NCBI GenBank assembly: GCA_951406725.2 | Contig: OX597816.1 | Span: 115,382,001-115,446,000 of the forward strand | Direction: 5' to 3' | Length of the DNA: 64,000 bases | Source of the DNA: Octopus vulgaris | Taxonomy: Eukaryota | Part shown: piece by piece, positions 41,400 through 55,646 of the stretch | Layout of the letters: every line of letters starts with the position of its first letter | How positions within the stretch are numbered: the first letter of the stretch is position 1 | Made by a program: the position numbers and the translations under genes | The notes under the pieces: model-generated | Seen by the model: the letters and a program-made list of their open reading frames with translations, nothing else | What the model was told of the DNA's origin: nothing | The model's database searches: none

Positions 41400-42908
41400 T
41401 TATATGTATATATGTGTGTGTGTGTGTATGTATATATGAATATTTATGTATGCATGCATGTATGTATATGTATAGTTAATACAACAAACCATGTGTAAGT
41501 TGTCTGGTTCATTTGTGTAAGCAACAAACGTAGAGTTTTACGTTTCATTGCAAGATCTTTCAAAAGATCTTTTTCTTCACTGAAAATATTTTCAAAAAAA
41601 TATATATTTTTTTCCAGTTTAAAATAGAATTTCTTTTTTTGTTTTTGTTTTTATTCCTGTTTCTTTTCTTTTCTGTTTATTCTTGTTAGTTTAAACTTTT
41701 GTTTTATGTTGTTTTTATCTCAATTTCTCCACTCTCACTTCCTCTCTCCTGTTGCTAATGGATAAGAATTAAATGAAATCAATACATATGTGTATATGTA
41801 TATGTATTTCTAACTGTGTATGTGTAAGAGGGGGTCGTATTGTGTGTGTGTGTGTCTGTCTGTGTGTGTATGTGCCTGTGTGTGTTTGCCTGTGTATGTG
41901 TGTGAGTGTGTGTGTCTGTGTGTGTCTGTAAATAAACAAAAAAATGGATACAGATGTTTATTTTCATTTTTTAATTTTTAAAAAAAATTGTTGTTATAGC
42001 TAACTGACTGGAATTTTGTCTATATACATATCTACACACACACAAAAACGATGTACACTCATATGCACAAACATACATAATTATGTATAAACATGCTTAT
42101 GTATACATACATATATATATATATATATGCATATGTATATGTGCATATATATATGCCTATATGTATATGTATATATGTATATGTATATATGTATATGTAT
42201 ATATATATATATGTGTATATATATATATATATGCATATATGTATAAGTATATATGTGTATATATAAATATATATATATGTGCATATGTATATAGATATGT
42301 ATTTATAAATACACACTCACACACATACATGCATGCATATATGTGTATATATGCAGATTAGAAGGACATAAAAATATGCATATATATCAACATGTAGAAT
42401 ATCACCTTGTAAAGTAGTATGATACAGATCAATGTCAAAATCATATAATCATCAACTTTATAGAAAAATATTACCATGATAAAAAATTATGTTGTCACTT
42501 AAGTAAGTCCCCCCACATACCCACCCAATAATGATTCACAATAATTTTAACCATTTCAGTACTAAATCATTCAAGACTGCTACTGGATTTATGATAAACA
42601 TTTCATCAATTCAAACTGTTTGTATTTAAATTAAAACCTCCCATTGTCTTTTACATTGAAGCTTTGAAGTTTTAGACAACGTAAGTTTGATCATTAAGAA
42701 ATATTAGTTATATTTTTGTGTTTCTCTAGCATAAGTTATAGTCATAATAAATGAAAAATTCATCGGCAATGCACAATGAGTTCTGTTGGAAATATACTGT
42801 GTATGCATTTTAATGTCTTGTCAGAAAAAGGGTTGCAGCAATCAAGTGTATATATACATAATCTAAAGAGCTATAAAACAAGACTTCTTATGAAGATGTT
42901 ACATACAT

Positions 42909-43245
42909 GGAGGGGAGGAAGCACTCCGTTGGTTACGACGACGAGGGTTCCGGTTGATACGATGAACGGAACAGCCTTAACGTAATTCTCAGGGATATTC
43001 AGCGTGACACAGAGAGTGACAAGGCCGGCCCTTTGAAATACAGGTACAACAGAAACAGGAAGTAAGAGTGAGAGAATGTTGTGGTGAAAGAGTACAGCAG
43101 GGATCACCACCATCCCTGCTGGAGCCTCGTGGAGCTTCAGGTGTTTTCGCTCAATAAACACTCACAACGCCCGGTCTGGGAATCGAAACCGCGATCCTAC
43201 GACCGCGAGTCCGCTGCCCTAACCACTGGGCCATTGTGCCTCCAC
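42909..43245 (-). mobile_element. Young tRNA-derived SINE sharing its 3' half with family C, with 11-bp TSD
   Basis: Head TGGCCCAGTGGTTAGG..GGTTTCGATTCCC; direct repeat GTTACATACAT at 42898-42908 and 43246-43256. Confidence 0.9.
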
Positions 43246-43446
43246 GTTACATACATATGCATGCACACAATACACACACACATCAATTTAATACGCAAAT
43301 TATGAAAGAGCTCCCAATAGTTTCATATTTTTATGATATTTGAAATAGGTAGAGTTCTAAAACATGCCACAAATCCAGAAACAGGTGGTTGGGAAGCAAG
43401 CTTCTTACCACGTAGATATGCCTGCATGTGTGTGTGTATATACACA

Positions 43447-44696
43447 TGATTGCATGCACAGTGAGAACTAGCAGTGATCTTCATGTGAAATTTGTGTTTT
43501 TGTGATCATGTGTATGCTGTAGCCTGTGATTTGTCATGGACAGGAAGTTGGAACAAAGAGCCAATGTGAAATTTTTCATTACACTTAGGAAGTCTGCTTA
43601 CAGAGACATTGAGCATGCTTTGGCAAGCTTACAGTGATGAGGCAATGGATCGTATGCAATGCTCTGAGTGGCACAGGTGCCTCAAAGTCTGTGGAGATTT
43701 CTGTCAGCATACCACTAATAACCCATCCCTCATTTTGAGGATCATGACCAATGACGAAATTTGGGCCCAGAGTTATGACGCAACAGCTGTCACAATGGAA
43801 CAGGCCTTCATCTCCATGATGGAAGAAGATACAGCAGAACTACAGCTCAATCAAGTATTTTTTTGATAAAAAAAAAACACATTCAAGCAAGGTCGTTGCT
43901 AAAATTTAAAAAAAACAACATTAGAGCAAGGTTGTTGCCAGTGCCGCTGGACCAGATTCTGTGCAGGTAGCACATAAAAAACACCATTTGAGCATGGCTG
44001 TTGCCAGTACTGCCTGACTGGCCCTCGTGCCGGTGGAACGTAAAATCACCCACTATACTCTCGGAGTGGTTGGCGTTAGGAAGGACATCAAGCTGTAGAA
44101 ACACTGCCATATCAAGACTGGAGCCTGGTGCAGCCATCTGGTTCGCCAGTCCTCAGTCAAATCATCCAACCCATGCTAGCATGGAAAGTGGACGTTAATC
44201 GATGATGATGATGGTATTGTGCATTGAGAATTCATCCTCCCCAGGGCCAGACAATTAATTGAGAGTTCTACTGCAATGTTTTTAAGTGTTCGAGGGAGGA
44301 TATTGGGCAAAAGTGACTGGATCTGTTGAGCATGTAAAATTGGATTCTTCATCACCCCATTCATTTCTCTCCAAAAACAACATGGTATTACTTCCACACT
44401 CCACCTATTCACCAGATTTAGAACTTGTGGACTTACATCTCTTCCTCAAGATGAAAATGCAGCTGAAAGTTCACTGTTTTAAAATCATTGCTGACATCCA
44501 GAGTGAAACACAGAAGGTCCTTGACTCACTTACAGAAAGTGACTTCCAGGTTGGATCCCAAAATTGGCAGGAACACTGGGACTTATGTATTGCTGTACAA
44601 GGTGACTATTTCAAAAGCGATGGTGTTAAAACTAAGATAAATAAGTTACTTTTTATTCAGCATAACTAGTCTGGGAACATTTTGATACTACCTCTG
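43447..44696 (+). mobile_element. Mariner relic (same family as 23937-24856) interrupted by a family D SINE at 43884-44213
   Basis: RIMTNDEIW, YSPDLELVDLHLF and WDLCIAVQGDYF motifs; 3' TIR AACTAGTCTGGGAACATTTTGATACTACCTCTG|TA. Confidence 0.88.
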
Positions 44697-45004
44697 TATT
44701 TGTGTATATATGTGTGTTGGTATTTCCTTGTCTTTACAATGTAGTAGTTTTAAAATATGAAATGATTGTCACTATGATAGAAGCCATGTCATTCATTTCT
44801 TATATTCTGTGAGAACATATCTGGCAATGGGAAAATATCACCTTGCTTGGAAACAGATGAAGATTAGTGAGAGGAAGGACATTCAGCCATAGAAAATCTG
44901 CCCAAATATACTCCATCCAACCCATGCAATCATGGTAAGTAGATGTTAAAACGATGATGGTGATGATGTCAAACATCAATAAACTAGTAAATTGAAGAAT
45001 AATG

Positions 45005-45213
45005 GTATCAAATTTTGGCACAAAGCCAGTAATTTCAGAGAACAGGGTAAGTCAATTACATCGACTCCAGTCAGCACTCAATTGGTAATTATTTTATCAA
45101 CTCCTTAAGAACGAAAGGTAATGTCAACCTCAACAGGATTTGAGCTCAGAATGTAAAGACAAATAAAATGTTGCAAAGCACTTTGTTTGGCATACAAATG
45201 ATTCTATCAGCTC
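45005..45213 (-). mobile_element. SINE family B, diverged
   Basis: Reverse complement of the family B core with the second tail type; another copy at 48222-48400. Confidence 0.75.
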
Positions 45214-47780
45214 AAGTAACTCAGAAAAATAATGATTTTACTGAAAAGTTGTCATTTAGGCTTAGCTGAGCTCTGGAGGAGCTACATGCAAGCAAAGACT
45301 TTCTAGCCATGGCCATTTCATATTTTTTCTAAGTGTGTGTATCAAGGGAACTAAACTGTATGTATTTTGGTTTTAGAATAGATGCACCATAACTCTACAT
45401 GTCATAAAAGGTAACTACAAGGAGGGGCTTCCAGGGGCAAAGCACTGCCTCAAGAAGAAATTCTTTAGAGTACAATACAAAACAGAGGAGACTGTTATGT
45501 GGCTTGGCAGGCAAAAATATCCAGTGTATCATCTTTTCTTATAGATTGTTGGCTGCTATTTCTAGCAGTTTGAATAACCAAATTGATGTTCTTTCAATGG
45601 ATTGTTTGCAGACAGATGTGAATTTTCAGATTAAATGTATTTTTTTAGCCACATCTGTTGACATGCAGAGTTCAAACCTAGCTTAGGTCACTTAAACATT
45701 TCATCTCTCTGGAGGACAATTCTATTAAATTTGCCCTTTCTTGACAAAATTCAGCTTAGTGTTTATGTATAAAATCTAATGTTATATAAACTAGAAAAAA
45801 AAACAAATAAAAACATAAATGTAAGAAATAACAAGTAAACCACTTTCCATACTGAGAAGTATGAGCACACCACATATGCACACACATATACACATACATA
45901 CACAGACAGAGGCACAAATATAATATAAGCTTTAATACCAATCACTTCATATAATAACTGTCAAGTTTTAAATTAGACATTTCCTTGTTTTCTATCTTTT
46001 CTCACATTTTTCTATAAAGCCAGTTGCTTCTAAAGCTCCTTAGTTCTTTAGTTAACCTTCAGAATTACCTTTTGTTTTTAGTTTATGTATATATTTTTTT
46101 ATTTCCATCCTATTTTTACATCAGTGCCACCAATGTTGAATGTGTTTATACATCGGAGGTGACATTTTATAGATGTTTTCCAGAACACTTATTTATCACT
46201 GATACCCTAACGGAACATTGTAGAAACATCTTATGCAATTCTTTTGTAATTTATTTTACTTCAGTTATCGTAAACGTCAGTGTAATCACTGTCTGTCAGT
46301 TTATTCAAGTCTTGCTGCTCAATATGCATCATTATAAATGTTGCATTCCATTACAGTATTCCAGGTCTTTTTGCACTGTTCCTATCGATGTTCTGCTTAT
46401 TGTTGTTATAGTTTTCTTCATCATCACCATCACCATCACCATTCTAATCGTATTAGCTTTGTTTAATTCTTATTAGTATTATTCATTTATGAAGAAAGTG
46501 AAAAGGAACAAGAAATACCAGTAGAACACTGAACTGGGTTTCCTTTTTCTTTTTTGTTTTAGTTCTGATATGTGGCTTTGTATTTAGAGTTAGCTTCATG
46601 ATCATAAGATCATCGGTTCAATTCCTGGACCGAATGGCATGTTATGCCCTTGAGCAAGGCACTTCATTTCACATTGCTCTATTCTACTCAGTTGAAAATG
46701 AGTACCAGCCTAGTGCTCAGGTAGCTCTTTCTCCCTTCAATTGTCACAATCTCAGTATTCCAATAGATTAAAAATGGGAGGGCAGAGAGGGTGCCTATGT
46801 CTACTTGCAACAACATAGACACCTAAGAACAAAATAATGACACATGCTAACAGGTCATAGTCTCTTTAAAGTGATGGCTACAGGGGCTTCTTTTCAACAT
46901 CAACTCATTGAATTCACTGGATTCAAATCTCTCTGTCAATTGTTCCATGTTATCTTTAAATGCAAAACAGACAATGTTTCTTGAAACTTTATTTTGTCCA
47001 ATTCCATGACTCCCTTCAAATACCAATTTGAAGGGTGTGACATTATTCATAGAGGCCTGGACAAAATGTTTTGTAGTATAGAATCGCATTTGATATTAGC
47101 AGTTTTATTCAGTCTTCACAATCAATCTCTTTATCCTCCTCCTCCTTCTCATCATCATCATAATCATCATCATGACCCCCACCACCACTACCACCATTTA
47201 CAGATTTAATAAAGATTAGTCATAATATGGCTAAGTCGTTAAGGTAGTTCACTTTGTACTCAAAAGGTGTTGGATTTGACCCCACATGGCAAGCCAAGAG
47301 TCAACTCAAGACTTGCAAGTAAAACTAGGAAGACAGAAACTGTACTGAAGAAGCTTGTCAGATGGACTGTTCCTATAATTCAAAAGCCAGCCTTGTCATA
47401 CACTGTGTCACACTGATGACTGTACCTGAAAATTATATTCCATGTGTCACTGAAATATACAACTCCTTACATATCGATTCAATGAGGAATTACTTCAGTT
47501 GATATAAAAAGCTGAAAACTGACTGTTGGAAATTCTGACTGAGATCCATAAATAGTGTTCTGAGTTTTTTTTCTACTGTTCAAACTATTCATTTATTTAC
47601 GTTTATGAATAGAGAATGTAAGAAAACTCAATCATATTATTCTTATTTACATTTTTTCATTCACTGTTATTTTAACCTAAAACAATTTCCTACTGAGATT
47701 CTTACATCAGTTCTCAGATTAACCATTAAGCTAAATATATATATATATATCAGGGTATTAAGACAAGTGGAGTACTCACA

Positions 47781-47999
47781 TTTACTCTTTTACTCTTTTA
47801 TTTGTTTCAGTCATTTGACTGTGGCCATGCTGGAGCACCACCTTTCATCAAGCAAATCGACCCCAGGACTTATTCTTTGTAAGCCTAGTACTTATTCTGT
47901 CAGCCTCTTTTGCTGAACCGCTAAGTTACAGGGACATAAACACACCAGCATCGGTTGACAAGCGATGTTGGGGGAACAAATACAGACACACAAACATAT

Positions 48000-48041
<42 letters not shown>

Positions 48042-48200
48042 GACAGGCTTCTTTCAGTTTCCATCTACCAAATCCACTCACAAGACTTTGGTTGGCCCAA
48101 GGCTATAGTAGAAAACACTTGCCCAAGGTGCCACGCAGTGGGACTGAATCCAGAACCATGTGGTTCGTAAGCAAGCTACTTACCATGCAGCCACTCCTAC
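47781..48200 (-). mobile_element. SINE family A, full length
   Basis: Reverse complement of 22687-23108. Confidence 0.9.
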
Positions 48201-49053
48201 ATTTACCATAATTCGCTTACATTGGTTTCAAATTTTGGCACAAAGGTCATAACTTTGAAATAGAGGAAGGTTTAGTTAATACTAATAAATTTAATATTCA
48301 CTTTCTTTTATTGACCTTGAAAGGAGGAAAGGCTAAGCTGAATTCAACATGACTTGAACTCAGAATGTAAAGCACTGAAACAAATAACACAAGGCATTGT
48401 AGCAATTTAGCAATAACAGATTTTATTCAATTAATTGTGGTGTCTGGCCTGGTGTGACCTGGAAGGAAACAGAATTTTTTGATCTCTTATCTCATATTCA
48501 GTACTTGTATCTTAATGTCTTCTCAGTTTGAGCCTAAAAGGATCAGGAAGGGGGCTGCTTATTGTTGAGCTGAGCTTAGGGGATTACTTGGCCTTAATCC
48601 TGACTTGTTTTACTATAACTTTCTATAACTACTGTTTATTTATCATTGCCACACATGATATTTCACACATTCAGCAGGTATTGAAGGCCAAACCAGTGAC
48701 ATTTTTTAATATGTAAACTACAGTATATGTAACCAATAATATTATATAACACTAATTGTACCATGTGGTAACATCAGGAAACTAACAAGCAGTGTTATTT
48801 TAACAGATGCTATCAGATATGTCATCATGCATAAAAAGTGATTTTTTAAACTGGTTCAGGTGTGGCTGAGTTTACTTCCCACCTACATAGTTTCAGCTTC
48901 AGTGTCAATGTGTGCTACCTTGGATTACTGCTTTATTCTATAGTCTCGGGCTAACCAGGACCTTCTGAGAAGATGTGGTCAGCGGAAACTGAAAGAAGCA
49001 TCTCATATATCATCATCATCATCTAACGTCTACCTCCCATGCTGGCATGGATA

Positions 49054-49540
49054 TGTACAGTTGTGGAAATTAGCTGCCCAGTGGATGTTAACATAAAGCT
49101 GAAGATCTGTGAAAAAAGAGAATACCTATGCTGAACTATTGAGAAATCGGCAATTATTCTATCCAGATTACAAGTTCAGGTCTATACCTGTATTTATTGG
49201 GGCCCTGGGATATGTGTAATACACTGCCTAAATACCAATCTTCAGAAATTAGGCTTCTCAAAAACAGAAAAGAGAGAGCTAATTCAAAAACTACAGATTG
49301 AATCCATCACTGAAACTGTACAAATCTGCAAAACTTTCCAGAAGTCTATCATTTAAATATGTATGAGCATGTCTAGATATACAACTATATTCAGCAAAAC
49401 ATACAAATCTGCACATATACGTACATACATATATATATACATACAAACAGAAATACCCTGTTGTTGATGTTGAAATTTTCCAATGAAGGAGCCTTGGCTC
49501 TTTCTCTATTGGCAAGAAATCTTGAAATAAAACTGAACAA
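49054..49540 (+). mobile_element. REL-endonuclease LINE (R4-like) 3' fragment
   Basis: CTVVEISCPVDVNI..YAELL..IPVFIGALGYV..IQKLQIESITETVQICKTF, then a 3' UTR shared with 31385-31700. Confidence 0.8.
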
Positions 49541-49879
49541 TGACATACATACACACATACATAAATACCTACATTCATACATACAAACATACATACACAA
49601 ATACATACATTAATACGTATATAGATACATACATATGTACATATATGTACGCGCACACAAATGCATGCTCATATAAACACACAGGAACACCCATGCATGC
49701 ATACATAAGTACAGAGAGCAGCTGCAAGACAACTGCCTGCCAAAATTTGCACCGTTTTTAATATTGCCCCTCCTACCTTTCATCTCTCACCTACACTCAA
49801 GACCATTGTTCCTCTACCTCCCACCTGACTAGCATCTGAACCTTCTCTTCTTCTTTTGCAAGGCCTTTAATTAGAAGCA

Positions 49880-50082
49880 GAGACAGAAAGAGAGAAATGG
49901 AGAAGGGAAGGGGGAGAAAGAAGAAAGAAGAAAGGAAAAGAGAGAAATTAATGTAAAAGTGAAAAATGAAGGAAGAAAGAGAAGTGAGGAAAGAAAAGGA
50001 AAGGAAAGGAAAAAGAGAAAGTGTGTGAAAATAAGAGTGGGAAGGGGAGAGTGAAAGAGAAGAAAAAAGAGAAATGTGTGAA

Positions 50083-50119
<37 letters not shown>

Positions 50120-50465
50120 AGAGGTGAGAAATTGTGAAAGGGTGAGAGTGTGAGGAGACAAAAAGGAGGGAAATGTGTGAAAGAGAGAGGTGTGAAGAGA
50201 GCGAAACTGTATAGGAGAGAGACAGAGAAAGAGGAGGAGGAGGAGGAGGAGGAGGAGAGAAATAGCCTTTAAGAAAGAAAGGTTGGCGGGTGGTGGGTGA
50301 TAGGAAAAGGGAAAAGAGAGCCAGAAAAAGAAAAGGAGAGCGGAATGGAAAAGGAGAATTGTATGCGAGAGACAGAAGGTGAGAGAGAGGAAAAGAAAGT
50401 GTGTGGAAGAGAGAAAGTGACAATGAGAGAATGGAGAAGGAGAGAGATGAAGTGAGAAAGAGGCA
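49880..50465. repeat. Polypurine (GA-rich) low-complexity tract
   Basis: Visible directly; it is the source of the 244-aa Ser/Leu/Phe ORF. Confidence 0.9.
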
Positions 50466-50999
50466 AGTTGCTAAGAACGGGTTTCTTGCTAACAAGAGAT
50501 AATTCAAAAGAAGACTGCGTATAGTATTCAAAGACGATATTTTCCCTCCATATCATTGACCATAATTAGGAGTATCTATTATACTTGAATAAATACAGTA
50601 ATTTTTGAATGCCTTACGAAACCTTCACACAGAGAAATACTTAGTTTTAGGTAAACCAAAATACATACTTTAAAGCACACAGGCATCGTCTTCATATATT
50701 GATCGTCTGTTGGTTTCAGTCTTTATAAAGGTGTATCCTGCTCAACTGAACATTGTAGATGTTTTAAATAGCCTTGGTGAAACAGAATGTATGTATTCTT
50801 TTATTCTTTTACGTGTTTCAGTCATTTGACTGCAGCCGTGCTGGAACACCGCCTCAAAGGGTTTTTAGTCGGACAAACGGACCCCAGGACTTATTTATTA
50901 AATCTAGTAGTTATTCCTTCGGTCTCTTTTGCCGAACTGCAAGATTACGGTGATGGGGAGGGGAGCAAACACGGATACAAAGACACACACACACACACA

Positions 51000-52028
51000 T
51001 CAAGCTGAATAAAAAGTAAGCAACGGTTTGAAACATGAAATTCATCACAATATATTTCAACCATACGAAAAGTTTATTCATCAAAGTAAGTGCCATTACA
51101 ATCAAGGCATATTTGCCAACGAGTTATGAGTTTGTTTATTCCGGTAACATAAAAATCTGGAATTCTGGAGCCGATGAACTCTTTGAACACACTTTGAGCA
51201 TCGGTTTGATTTTTGAACTCCTTCTCTCACAGGAAACCATCAAGGTGCTTTAAAAAAAGTGGTAGTCGGTAGGAGAAAGGTCTGGAGAATAAGGTGGGTG
51301 GGAAAGAACTTCGTAGCCAAGTTCCCTCAACTTCTGGAACTTCATTAGTGAAACGTGTGGTCGAGCATTGTCATGAAAAATGATTGGCCGTCTTCTGTTG
51401 ACTAGTCTGGGACGGAGGAGTAGCAGCTTTTCGTTCATTTTGGTAATTTCATGTCAATGTTTTTGCAGAAATCGTTTTTAAGAAGTTATAGTGGGTGAGT
51501 CCAGCAGTACACCAACAAACAGTCACCATAACCTTCTTTTTTGAAGAGCTCAGGTTTATTATTATTATTATTATTATTGAGTGAGAGAGCAGTTCATGCC
51601 ATCAAAGTGACACTGGGGTAAAATATACGAAGCCCAATATACCCATCATGACTACCCGTCTGATAAGGGTATACCAGGCACATGCATCACAACCATATGT
51701 GCGCGACGTGGTGATCTCATATCAAGATAAACAGCACATGACCTTGCAGGTGGGGCCCAGTTAGAATTTTCTTCAGGTTGAGTAGCCCATCCCGCTCAAA
51801 AGGTCCCTGAATAAGGGTTGTTTAAGGATGTTGAAAGAACCACCCATGTTTCCAGAGGTGAATTATTCAAACCCCAAAGAATCCCTCTCAACACTGGCTA
51901 TGATGCTCCCCCACTACTTCTGCTCGTGATCAGAGATGCACATATCATCAGCCACTAAGGGACATGCTCAACTGGTTATGGTCAAACAACTGACGAGCAA
52001 ATCTGTGGTATTGAGCAGAATATTTGCT

Positions 52029-52093
<65 letters not shown>

Positions 52094-52484
52094 TTGAAGA
52101 ACGTTTTTTTTAATTATTGTAAAGAATCCACTTTTCATCGCAAGTTGAAATACGGTAGAGAAAGGGATTGGTCTGCTTACGTAGAAGCGCCGAGCAAATT
52201 TCATATCTGTGCAGTTTCTGATTTTCCTTGTCGAGCTTTTTCAATTTTCCGATCGAATGCTGATGGTTGCAGGCAGTTTTCTGGTCAACTTGAAGTTCTT
52301 TTGTCAGTTCTCGAGTGGTTTTACGCCGATCTTTCTGAATGAAGGTCTTTAATTGACCGCCTTCGATGACAGATGGGCGTTCACTACGCTCACGATCTTC
52401 AAGGCTCAGGTCTACACTGTGAAATCGCTTAAACCATCTTAGAGCAGACCATTCACTGGTCATTTCCTCACCAAACGTTTCGAA
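51000..52484 (-). mobile_element. Mariner relic interrupted at 51557-52093
   Basis: RWFKRF..SLEDRERSERP, TCDEKWILYNN, FHDNARPH and HPPYSPDLSPTDYHFF motifs. Confidence 0.9.
51557..52093 (-). mobile_element. About 450-bp non-coding insert flanked on both sides by (TAA)n; probable 3' UTR of a TAA-targeting retroelement
   Basis: It splits the mariner transposase; (ATT)n lies at 51557-51578 and 52030-52093. The strand is inferred from TAA polarity. Confidence 0.6.
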
Positions 52485-52534
52485 TTGCTAGAATACCACG
52501 CTTTGACCGTTCCACTTCAGATGATTGTAACAAC

Positions 52535-54330
52535 GAATTCTTTATTGCCCACAGGGGGGATAAATATAGGGGGGACAGTACATATACAAACAGGACAGTA
52601 CAATGAAAGTGGGGACACAAAAGCGGATGAAAGGATGGATAAAAATAAAATTACAATGAACAATGAAATGAAGCCACTCGACTCCGCGTCCGGGCGACTT
52701 CATTTAACTTTACAATTATATCCTTTTTTCGAGGTTTTATAACGTATTTTCTTTTTATAAAAAAAAATTTAAACATGTTTAACATTACAAAATGTCTATT
52801 CCAAAGTCTTGTTTTAATTTAATTCAACTCACCATTGTAGACATCTCACTGGTATCTATGTTCCTGGCCACGTATTTAAGTCTCTTCATGTCTTTTTAGT
52901 CTATCCATAGATATATAGGGTCGACAATAATGCAACCCAAATTCCTGGGCACTTCATCACAAAGATACGTGTTCACCCTTATTATCCTTTCCCAGCGATG
53001 AATTTCATTTACAAGCCTGGCATTTGTCTCATCGTAAAAAAGCGATGTACTTCTCTTTTTCCCTTCTTTCCTCACAGGGCAGGGGTTCGGAAGTTTGGGG
53101 CTCTGGTGTGCATGTGCTCATTTTTTTCTATGTCGGATGGGCCAAGAAGAGGATTGATGCTTGCAGGGGAAGGGAGGGAAAGAGTGGGTGTGGGATGGGG
53201 TTCATCACTCACAGGCTGTCTTCTTCCATTTTTTTTCCCGCATTTTCCCATCCGTCATCTTCCCTGTTCTCGCCTACCTCTGCTTCCGCAATGGTTTCTA
53301 CTGGAGACGGAGGTGCGGCTTCCTTCCTGTTCACGAGCTTGGTTTGTATTTCTGCGGGTGGTGGAGGACAGTCTACTCTAATCTGAGCCGTTTGGCCACA
53401 TTTGTAGAACCGAAGGATTCTGCCCTCGACTTTAACCCTTAGTATTATGTCTTCAACCGTTATGATTTCTCTTATTTTTCTAGATCCTCCGAGGCGGCCT
53501 GGATTATTATATCTAGACCTTGCCCCTACCATTTCTTGCGGGCAGTGAAAGTGACTTGGAGGACCACCACCGTCTCTTCCAAGCCGAGCAGGATAGTGTC
53601 CACCACCCAGGCTACGTCTCTTTCGGGCTACGTCGTCTACTCTTGCTCTGGAAGCACGCCTTCCAAGGTATATGGGTAGAAGCACTACCTCCTCCATTTT
53701 TAAAGGGGTTACTTAGAGTAGCCTGGTGGTCGCTGCATCTCGGAACCGTACCTCCACAGTTCCAAACTTTCGACCTCTGTTGAGGTACACAATTTCTCTC
53801 CATATTTGTTTTAAAGCCTTTTCAATCTGTGCAACCGTCATCACCTCAACTTACCTGTTTTTCTACCGAAAATGTTCTATAAACAATCATTTTTTTCTTT
53901 TTCAACCTGTATCACTTCTTGGGGAGGCGACACCTTCACATTGTTTCCGCCCTTTCTTAATGTTTCTTTATATTTACCAATTTCCTCCAATTTAATCTGA
54001 TTTTGGTGACTTCTGGCCACCGCCGCGAAATACATCTTCTTGCCCACATCGTCTAGGGCTCTTTTCAGCTGGTCCTCAGAAGAAGTGAATTCTGAGAAGC
54101 TTAAGTCCTCATAATTCATCATTTTTTTCAAACTGCGCTGCTCACTTCAAATGAGGGGAACAGCGTTAACAAAACTGCCATATGGCAGAAAAAGCAAATG
54201 TCTCACGACACAACAATTAACAAAACGCAATCCCAAAAGGGAAAAACCTACAACATGCAATAAAACAGTTACTCAACTTAGCAGCCGAAATAACAGAACC
54301 AGCCGGCATATTCCGTAGAGTTTTCTCATA
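52535..54330 (-). mobile_element. LINE-like element with a decayed ORF1 (zinc-knuckle remnant) and no RT
   Basis: Frameshifted ORF pieces at 54131-53877 and 53697-53209 include VEGRILRFYKCGQTAQIRVDC (decayed CX2CX4HX4C). The 3' end is CCCCCCTGTGGGCAATAAAGAA with a polyA signal. Confidence 0.7.
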
Positions 54331-55606
54331 CAACTACCTTGTATGTAGTTTGTATGGAGGCTTATACCAAGTGAGATTTCTTTTTCTGTTTTGATGTGCA
54401 CCAATACTTCCCCCATTCGGCCAAAGTTATTTCTGTTATCTTTGAACATACTATTAAAATGTATACTCTCATCTGTATGAACCTATACCACATACGGATT
54501 GTTACTATTACAGTCATTGAATTAATAATTGATATTACATACACAAACATACATAGATACATATGTGCGTATGCACACATTTACATACATACATACGTAC
54601 ATACATACATACATACATACATACATACATACATACATACATACATACATAAATACATGCATACGTATATACATACATACATACATACATACATACATAC
54701 ATACATACATACATACATACATACAAACATACATACATACATACATGCATACATATAACCATTCCATTAAGATTTGGTCTTTCACTCTCTGTCTGGTTAG
54801 ATGACGTAGTCACCGAAAAATAATATTAAGCGCTGGATTAAAATCAACTCAAACATATCTTTGTGCTATATATTCGAAATATTTATATTCTGCAGCATTT
54901 TATTCACAGAGACATTGCTGCCATAGCAATTATTAATTTAATTAATTTAGATTTTTTTTTTTTATGAAGCCCTCTCAGTGAAAAATATCTCGTTTTTAGA
55001 TGCGTTGTGATGAACCGTGTTGCACATGTGCTTCGTATTACATCCACCTTACCTACCTATCTACATACATACGCATACTTACACACACACGCACAAACAA
55101 GTACACGCAAAGATAGATGGATGTGTGTATGTATGTGTGTATGTACAGGCGAGTTAGCAGAGTTATTATGGTTTCTGATTGAATATCTTGCACGTAAATC
55201 ATGCAAGCATGGCAAAACGGACATAAAAATGGCGGTGGTAATATCGTTGTGATGTATAACATTTAATTTGCGTTTCACTTGCGTATTATGTTCATGTTAA
55301 ATTTCTGTCTACAGGTCTCCTTCACTCTGCGTTACCCTGTCTTCTGTCACTCATCCTCTCACCTATCACATGCCTGTCACCCGGCTGTTGAACAAGGGCT
55401 GGAACTGGATATCTGAATTCAATTGTCCCTTGTATCCTTATTGTCTTACTGCTCTCTCATCATGCTGCCTGCATAACAAGGAATGACACTCTACTATTAC
55501 TCTCTCTTTCTCTCTATCCAAGCACTTATAAACATCACACAGTCTCTCTCTTTTTCTCTCACACTCTAATCTCTCTCTCTCTTACTATCAACCATCTTTT
55601 ATTGCT

Positions 55607-55646
<40 letters not shown>

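Noticed and set aside
43170-43245. tRNA-like sequence (also at the heads of families A, B and C)
   Set aside because: These are SINE heads continuing into repeat bodies and lack a full cloverleaf acceptor stem, so they are not tRNA genes.
49797-50531. Longest listed ORF (244 aa)
   Set aside because: It is the reverse strand of a GA-rich low-complexity tract.
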